Below are positions 8,269 through 13,739 of a stretch of 32,000 bases of DNA, piece by piece. Origin of the DNA: Fibrobacter succinogenes subsp. succinogenes S85 (GTDB lineage Bacteria > Fibrobacterota > Fibrobacteria > Fibrobacterales > Fibrobacteraceae); contig NC_017448.1 of NCBI RefSeq assembly GCF_000146505.1, positions 840,001 to 872,000 of the forward strand, in the 5' to 3' direction. The translations under genes were made by a program, and so were the position numbers. The notes under the pieces are model-generated. The model did no database searches, was not told the origin of the DNA, and saw only the letters and a program-made list of their open reading frames with translations. Positions within the stretch are counted from its first letter, which is position 1. Each line of letters begins with the position of its first letter.

Positions 8269-9144
8269 CTACTTCGATTTCAAAGCTTCAAGCCGAGCCT
8301 TCGCCTCAGCAATTTTCTCTGGGGGCAAGCCCATTGCCTGCATAACGCTTATAGCATCGGCATAGCCTTCAGTTTTGCCTTCCGACTTGCCTTCAGTCTT
8401 ACCCTTGAGAAAATTCTCAGCAATAACGGCATCGTACGCATGCATTCCGTCGAACATGAATTGCTCCATTTTTTTCAAAAGTTCAGGATCAGCATTGCTT
8501 ACCCGCAAGCGGTCCAAAGCGTTCTTGAGAAGCGGGTCTTCCGATTCGGGGACTTCAAGCGGGCCCCTTGAAATAAGCCTAAGCCAGAAATCTTCACGGG
8601 AGTTCACGCCCTTGCGAAGCTTCAAGAACTTAACCAAATCGACTATAATATATTTATTTTTCGGCTCCAAAATCGGGAACCTGCAAAGCCAAATGGAAAC
8701 AGTTTCAGGAACCTCGTAATAATGAGCCATCTTTTCCTTTTCGGACATCGCAAGGAACTGTTCCGAACGATTGTAGTCATGCTTGCCACGTATCGTTAGA
8801 TACGCATTGTAAAGTTGCATACGGTCCAAAAAGAACGGATGTTCGCGGTTTTGTAACTCGATATTCATGAAGCGGTTGTCACGTGTCGACACCCACACGT
8901 CAAGCCGCATGGGCTCATCGCCTGGCATAAACACGTCGATATACTTTTCGAATGCGTAGCTGAGATCGACAATTTCGTGGTCACGGTCGAGTTCAAGAAT
9001 ACCATTCAGCAGGTCACGAATCGTGTCCTTGTCATCCAGCAAGGCGCGGAACGTCGCCGGATAATACGGGAGCAAGTATTCTACGCCATCAGCGTTTTTG
9101 ACGATGTACGGTTTTGTTGTATTATTTTCATTTGCCATTAGCAT
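8269..9144 (-). CDS. PD-(D/E)XK nuclease, Rpn / putative-transposase family (TIGR01784-like)
   Basis: 291 aa. Core RLDVWVSTRDNRFMNIELQNREHPFFLDRMQLYNAYL fits the D...E.Q nuclease motif of this family. C-terminal EGKSEGKTEG repeat and helical tail are typical of Rpn-like proteins as I recall them. Confidence 0.7.
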   Translation of the reverse strand: MLMANENNTTKPYIVKNADGVEYLLPYYPATFRALLDDKDTIRDLLNGILELDRDHEIVDLSYAFEKYIDVFMPGDEPMRLDVWVSTRDNRFMNIELQNREHPFFLDRMQLYNAYLTIRGKHDYNRSEQFLAMSEKEKMAHYYEVPETVSIWLCRFPILEPKNKYIIVDLVKFLKLRKGVNSREDFWLRLISRGPLEVPESEDPLLKNALDRLRVSNADPELLKKMEQFMFDGMHAYDAVIAENFLKGKTEGKSEGKTEGYADAISVMQAMGLPPEKIAEAKARLEALKSK

Positions 9145-9193
9145 GTCCTTATAACGGTAAGGAACATCCCCTACCCGTTATATTAACACGCTT

Positions 9194-9275
9194 TTGACGC
9201 CTACGGCGTCCGCGGCTGCACTCGGTCATAGAAAAATGCAAGCATTTTTCTGCGACTCTCGTTTTGCACGCTTTT
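9194..9275 (-). repeat. 82-bp double-hairpin intergenic element, copy R1
   Basis: The reverse complement aligns over 82 bp with 11381..11462 (about 68/82 identical by eye). Hairpins are AGAAAAATGC-TT-GCATTTTTCT and GACGCC-GTA-GGCGTC. Confidence 0.85.
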
Positions 9276-9471
9276 TTGCTCCGTTTGGCCCAAAACTTTT
9301 TTTGAATTCGAGTAAAATGATTTTAACACAGACAACAAAACAATTTCGGATAAAGTTAATTTTTCAGCATCAAGCCGGGGCGTTACGGGCCGGCGACTGA
9401 GGGCCCGTTCGAGAGGGTGGTGAGCAACGAAGTGCGAACCAGGGGGATCCCTCCCCCACCAACCTTAACTA

Positions 9472-9505
9472 GATTGCCGCGTCGCTACGCTCCTCGCAAT
9501 GACGT
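9472..9505 (+). repeat. Hairpin repeat ending ATGACGT (APRND/LAMT type)
   Basis: GATTGCCGCGTCGCTACGCTCCTCGCAATGACGT: ATTGC/GCAAT stem followed by GACG and T6. Confidence 0.6.
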
Positions 9506-9606
9506 TTTTTCAAGCTACAGTTCTTGATTTACAAGCCTTTAATTTCGCCATATTTTTCACTCGTCTTTCGTCTCTAGTCTCTCGTCTATACTATATTTAG
9601 GTTACT

Positions 9607-10563
9607 ATGCAAATTACAAACGCTTCTCAACTTACTGGTGTTTTCCCCGCGTTGTTCACCCCGCTCAAGAACGACGATCCTAAGAACCTTCGCAACTCCA
9701 TCGACTATAAGAAGATGGGGCAGATGATTGACGATGTTATTGCAGCTGGTGCTAGTGGTGTGCTCCCCGCCGTGACGACGGGCCAGAGTGCAACGGTCTC
9801 TCCGCAGCAGCACTTGGATATCATTAAGTTCACGCTCGACTACGTTGACGGTCGCGTTCCTGTGATTGCAGGCGCAGGCTCCAACTGCACGCGCGAATCT
9901 ATCGAGATGATCGAAAACGTTTTGAAGATTGCTCCAGTAGCAGTCCTCTGCGTCACTGGCTACTACAACAATCCGCCGCAGGAAGGACTCCTCAAGCACT
10001 ACCAGACGCTCAGTAGCGAAACGGGTGCAAAGATTGTTATTTACAACGTTCCGGGCCGTACCTCCAGCTATGTCCATCCGGACACCTTGATTGCTCTTGC
10101 CGAAGACAAGAACATCATCGGTCTCAAGCAGGCGGTTGAATTTGGTTTTGGCGAAAAGTTCCACGAAGACACGATGCGCGTCATCAAGGAAACAAAGGGC
10201 AAGGACTTCGCCGTGATGAGCGGTGAAGACGGTCTCTTTGCTGATCTCCTCGAAATGGGCGGCACGGGTATCGTGAGCGCAACGGGCAACATCCCGGAAG
10301 CTTGCAAGACTTTCGTTGACCTCTACAAGGCTTTCCAGGCTGGCGACAAGGACAAGGCGCACAACTTGCAGAAGGCTGCTCGTGACTATATCGACGCCAC
10401 GTTCTGCCGCAAGAACCCGATTCCTCTCGGAACGCTCTTCAACAGCCCGTTGTTCCAGCCGCTCGTAAGCGTGAAGGACACGGCTAACGGTGCTGACGCT
10501 GTTGCCCGCATCATGAAGCTCATCGACGAGAAGGCCCAGAGCTTGAAGAAGTATCATGAATAA
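9607..10563 (+). CDS. dapA: 4-hydroxy-tetrahydrodipicolinate synthase (DapA/DHDPS family)
   Basis: 318 aa. Contains GVFPALFTPL, TTGQSATVS, GRVPVIAGAGSN, YYNNPPQEGL, IYNVPGRT and the Schiff-base lysine context IIGLKQA. Assignment within the DHDPS/NAL superfamily is by motif only. Confidence 0.8.
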   Translation: MQITNASQLTGVFPALFTPLKNDDPKNLRNSIDYKKMGQMIDDVIAAGASGVLPAVTTGQSATVSPQQHLDIIKFTLDYVDGRVPVIAGAGSNCTRESIEMIENVLKIAPVAVLCVTGYYNNPPQEGLLKHYQTLSSETGAKIVIYNVPGRTSSYVHPDTLIALAEDKNIIGLKQAVEFGFGEKFHEDTMRVIKETKGKDFAVMSGEDGLFADLLEMGGTGIVSATGNIPEACKTFVDLYKAFQAGDKDKAHNLQKAARDYIDATFCRKNPIPLGTLFNSPLFQPLVSVKDTANGADAVARIMKLIDEKAQSLKKYHE

Positions 10564-10564
10564 G

Positions 10565-10639
10565 TTGGTAGAACTTAGTTGGCAGAACTTAGATATAATC
10601 GCTAGGTTCTAAGATCTAAGTTCTAAAATCTAAGTTCTA
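10565..10639 (+). repeat. Inverted array of a 9-bp word (2x AGAACTTAG, 3x CTAAGTTCT) between dapA and the next gene
   Basis: TTGGTAGAACTTAG TTGGCAGAACTTAG atataatcg CTAGGTTCTAAG ATCTAAGTTCTAA AATCTAAGTTCTA. The arms can pair as 9 bp + internal loop + 9 bp. Confidence 0.8.
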
Positions 10640-10657
10640 TAATTCAGGAGAATCACA

Positions 10658-11356
10658 ATGGCTAAGAATGAAAAATCCGTTACCGACTTGGTCTGCGAAC
10701 ACATCAAGAAGCAGAAGCTTCTCCCGATTCCGGTGCAGACTCTGAACGAAGAAGCCGAAGCTACTCGCTACTTCGGCGGCGACCTCAAGGAATTCTTGGC
10801 AGCAGCCAAGACTCTCGGCGCAAAGGGAATCTTCGTTGAAACACTTTATCTGGAAGACGACGAATTCTACTACGACAGCGGCATCGATGACGAAGAATAC
10901 CTCGCCATGAACGGCGCTGACGGAAGCTGCACTTGCGGCTGCGGTGACAACTGCGACTGCAAGAAGGGCGACAAGAAGAAGTCCAAGAAGGCTGACGACG
11001 ACAAGGTCGACGGCGTGTTCCTTGAACCGGAAGACCTCGACGGTCTTGACCTATCCCTCCTCCGTCCTGAAATTGCAAAGTTCCTCGACCGCGTTGGCGA
11101 ATGCTGTGGCGTGCGCTTGACGGTTCCGGGTGTGGACCACCTCGAAGTCGAAATCTTCGCTGACTGGTACGACGAATTCGCTGAACTCGTGGACGAAGCT
11201 TCTGAAATCATCGAAGAAGATCCGAACGGCGCTCTCGAACAGGTCGAAGCCATGTTCAAGGAAGCAGAAAAGGCTGCTAAGGAAGAAGACAAGAGCGTGA
11301 AGAAGATTTCGGCACATCCCCCGAAAAAGACCGCAAGCGCTAAAGCTAAGAAGTAA
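10658..11356 (+). CDS. Acidic hypothetical protein with internal Cys cluster and Lys-rich tail
   Basis: 232-aa ORF with GGAG about 8 nt upstream of the ATG. Very acidic, with the insert-like CTCGCGDNCDCKKGDKKKSKK and the tail PPKKTASAKAKK. No family recognised. Confidence 0.6.
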   Translation: MAKNEKSVTDLVCEHIKKQKLLPIPVQTLNEEAEATRYFGGDLKEFLAAAKTLGAKGIFVETLYLEDDEFYYDSGIDDEEYLAMNGADGSCTCGCGDNCDCKKGDKKKSKKADDDKVDGVFLEPEDLDGLDLSLLRPEIAKFLDRVGECCGVRLTVPGVDHLEVEIFADWYDEFAELVDEASEIIEEDPNGALEQVEAMFKEAEKAAKEEDKSVKKISAHPPKKTASAKAKK

Positions 11357-11380
11357 ATCATTCAGAGCGCTTGCTCTCGC

Positions 11381-11462
11381 AAAAGCGTGCAAAACGAGCG
11401 TCGCGAAATTATGCTTGCATAATTTCATGACCGAGTAAAGCCGCGGACGCTGAAAGCGTCAA
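11381..11462 (+). repeat. 82-bp double-hairpin intergenic element, copy R2
   Basis: AAAAGCGTGCAAAACGAGCGTCGC-GAAATTATGC-TT-GCATAATTTC-ATGACCGAGT...GACGC-TGAAA-GCGTC. Stem differences from R1 are compensatory. Confidence 0.85.
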
Positions 11463-11465
11463 TCA

Positions 11466-11491
11466 CGACCCGTTAATACGGGTCGCTTTTT
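11466..11491 (+). terminator. Candidate terminator downstream of 10658..11356
   Basis: CGACCCG-TTAATA-CGGGTCG followed by CTTTTT. Lies immediately 3' of repeat copy 11381..11462. Confidence 0.65.
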
Positions 11492-11539
11492 GCTCACGGA
11501 AATCTAAGAAGTAATCTTCGACTTTAGACAAAGTATTTA

Positions 11540-11573
11540 CGCGAGTTCCGTTGCGGGACTCGCGTTTTTTTTT
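11540..11573 (+). terminator. Second plus-strand stem-loop with T9 run
   Basis: CGCGAGTTCCG-TTG-CGGGACTCGCG (one mismatch) followed by TTTTTTTTT. Either a back-up terminator or the end of a short transcript. Confidence 0.65.
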
Positions 11574-11603
11574 GCGTAAGATGCGCAGCATTGCACAATA
11601 TGC

Positions 11604-11632
11604 AAAAACGCTCCCCGACGGGGAGCGTTTTT
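11604..11632 (-). terminator. Bidirectional-looking terminator, serves xynC
   Basis: AAAAACGCTCCCC-GAC-GGGGAGCGTTTTT, lying 25 nt 3' of the xynC stop on the minus strand. Confidence 0.85.
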
Positions 11633-11656
11633 ACAGTCTTTAGGAAGAGAGACTTA

Positions 11657-13483
11657 TTACTTCACGGCGACGCGCTGCATAAAGTTGCCCTGCTTCACCA
11701 TGTAGATGCCAGCGTTCTTGAAGTTAGCCTTCAGAACCTGGGCGACAGAGGCGCCAGCGTCGAGCTTCACAGTGCCGAGGAAACGGCCCTGCATGTCGAA
11801 CACCTGGAAGTTGCCGCTCTTGAGTTCCATCTTCGGAGCTGCATGGAGGGCAACCGTGGAGCTAGAAGATTCTACCTTTGCTTCGGAAGAGCTGGATTCC
11901 GGTTCCGGCTGAGCAAGCGGATGAGCCTTATCCGTCATCTTGAAGTAGGTGACATCGAAGGAACCCGAGCCACCACCGGCTTCCACGAGCACCTTGGCTT
12001 CGTACATCTTCCCCATCTTCATGCCGAGTTCTTCCCACTTCTTCATATGGGCAGTGATGTCGATATGGCCGCAAGAACGAGCACTCTTACGAACGCTGAA
12101 GTATTGCGGGAAGGTCTGCGTACCCTTAATGGAGGGCTGCTGGACACGGGTATTCTGCCAGATTTCGTAGGTGTCACCATCAACCGTAAATTCACCCTTT
12201 CTCTGGCCGAGGAGGTTTGCACCCGGCTTATTGAACCAGTCATCAACAATGTAGTATTCTACGAGCGGATCCACCGTCCAGCCATAGATACCGATGTAGT
12301 TGTAGCCACCAGCACTACCCTGCTTGCTCCACTTGTAGTAGGCATCGATAGGGCCAAGTTCTTCGTAAGTGTGCTTTTCATCATACTTGAAACCGACACG
12401 AGCAAGGAAGTCGTTGGTACCATTCCAGCTTGCCTTATAAGTACCGTTGTCGTAGAACGTCATGGAGTTGTTACCACCCTGATACCAAATTTCATAGTGG
12501 TACGGAGAGCTGCCGACGTTACCCGTCACGCTAGAGTTGTTCTGACCCTGAGTTCTCGTTTCTTTGCCTTCATGGCCCATAACGTCCTTGCAGGCGTCAA
12601 TTTTACCAGAAACGTTGCCGTTACCCTTAGAGGAACTGGATTTCGGTGCATCCGTAGAAGAGCTAGACTTCACAGAAGAGGAAGAAACCGGATCAGAGCC
12701 GTTTTTCACATAGACCTTGGCATGCGGGAAGTCCATATGACCGCCACGAACTTCGCCATTCACGTTACCAGCTTCGCCAAGCACCTTGGCTTCGTAAAGC
12801 TTACCCATGGTGAGGCCCATCTTTTCCCACTGTCTCATGTGTTCAGAAATATTGATGGTACCGCAATCGCGCGGAGAGGTACGCACGCTGAAATACTGAT
12901 AGAACGTGACGTTACCGCTGTTCTTAATAGCCGGACCGGTACGGGTATTGCGATAAACAGTATAGGTACCGCCGTCAACCGTAATGGTACCCTTTCTTTC
13001 GTTACCAATCCAGCTACCCGGCATGTCATTGGCGAGGGTGTTATCAATCACGTAGTATTCGACCAACTGGCTAGGCGTTCCAGAAACACCTTCCATCCAG
13101 CCATAGATACCGATATAAGAGTAACCCACATTCTGGGCACCGCTCTTCACAAGCTTGAACTCGGCAATCATATCACCACCAAGTTCCTTGTAGGTCTTGT
13201 TACTGCCAAGGGAAAGGCCCGCACGGCAGAGATAGTCCTTAGCACCAGTGATATTGCAGTCCATGGAACCGTCACTATAGAATGTAGCGCTACCACCATG
13301 GCCGTTTTCATCCCAAAGTTCGTAACCGATATCGCCGATTTTACCAGTTTGGTTCGAAGTAATCGTTACCTTTTGGCCGGAATGTTGCGCATTGCTGCAG
13401 AAATCCTGAGCAAAAGCTGTCGAAGCCATACCCAAAGCCATTGCGAAAACAACGCTAGACTTGGTCACACTAAATGTTTTCAT
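11657..13483 (-). CDS. xynC: Endo-1,4-beta-xylanase with two GH11 catalytic domains and C-terminal sorting domain (XynC)
   Basis: 608 aa. Two GH11 domains (YSYIGIYGW..LVEYYVID and YNYIGIYGW..LVEYYIVDD, each with YEAKVL.EAG) are joined by a Ser-rich linker. Signal peptide present. Matches my recollection of F. succinogenes S85 XynC (608 aa, two catalytic domains). Confidence 0.95.
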   Translation of the reverse strand: MKTFSVTKSSVVFAMALGMASTAFAQDFCSNAQHSGQKVTITSNQTGKIGDIGYELWDENGHGGSATFYSDGSMDCNITGAKDYLCRAGLSLGSNKTYKELGGDMIAEFKLVKSGAQNVGYSYIGIYGWMEGVSGTPSQLVEYYVIDNTLANDMPGSWIGNERKGTITVDGGTYTVYRNTRTGPAIKNSGNVTFYQYFSVRTSPRDCGTINISEHMRQWEKMGLTMGKLYEAKVLGEAGNVNGEVRGGHMDFPHAKVYVKNGSDPVSSSSVKSSSSTDAPKSSSSKGNGNVSGKIDACKDVMGHEGKETRTQGQNNSSVTGNVGSSPYHYEIWYQGGNNSMTFYDNGTYKASWNGTNDFLARVGFKYDEKHTYEELGPIDAYYKWSKQGSAGGYNYIGIYGWTVDPLVEYYIVDDWFNKPGANLLGQRKGEFTVDGDTYEIWQNTRVQQPSIKGTQTFPQYFSVRKSARSCGHIDITAHMKKWEELGMKMGKMYEAKVLVEAGGGSGSFDVTYFKMTDKAHPLAQPEPESSSSEAKVESSSSTVALHAAPKMELKSGNFQVFDMQGRFLGTVKLDAGASVAQVLKANFKNAGIYMVKQGNFMQRVAVK

Positions 13484-13658
13484 ATGATACTCCTCACATT
13501 TTAGTTATGCTGAACATAATATATGAGTGACAGATGAAAAAAGACCGACATTAAACAAATGTTTGTTGTTGTAAAAAACAACGACAATATTTTTACATTA
13601 TAAGACCGCTCGCCTCCTTTGAAGGCAACCGCTCGATTATCCGCCAACAGCAAAGCAT

Positions 13659-13693
13659 AAAAAAGCCTCTTCCCGGGAACTCCAGGAAGAGGC
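13659..13693 (-). terminator. Rho-independent terminator of surE-gyrA
   Basis: Minus strand reads GCCUCUUCC-N11-GGAAGAGGC followed by UUUUUU. Confidence 0.8.
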
Positions 13694-13739
13694 TAAAACG
13701 ACTTTTGGGAACTATCGTTCCACTTCGCAAGGTTCACGA

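Noticed and set aside
9194-9400. 68-aa ORF across the spacer upstream of dapA, and the 125-aa ORF 11051..11428(-)
   Set aside because: Both are read through copies of the 82-bp hairpin repeat. The similarity between them is at the DNA-repeat level in opposite orientations, not in a conserved reading frame.
9457-9469. 13-mer CACCAACCTTAAC shared with the reverse complement of 18178..18190
   Set aside because: A rough expectation for exact 13-mer matches between any two positions on both strands of a 32-kb window is well above one. There is no extended similarity around the match.
9373-9606. Lysine riboswitch (L-box) upstream of dapA
   Set aside because: The position is right, but I could not find the conserved L-box core elements or any other riboswitch consensus I know. 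Part of the segment is a dispersed repeat. It is kept only as an unclassified structured island.
10565-10639. CRISPR-like array (also considered for the word repeats at 4911..4961, 23031..23055 and 25224..25279)
   Set aside because: The words are 9-14 bp and directly abutting or inverted. There are no unique spacers of 25-40 bp and no cas genes in the window.
11591-13504. 637-aa plus-strand ORF
   Set aside because: A codon-aligned mirror of xynC, which has two clear GH11 domains on the minus strand. The plus-strand product is featureless.
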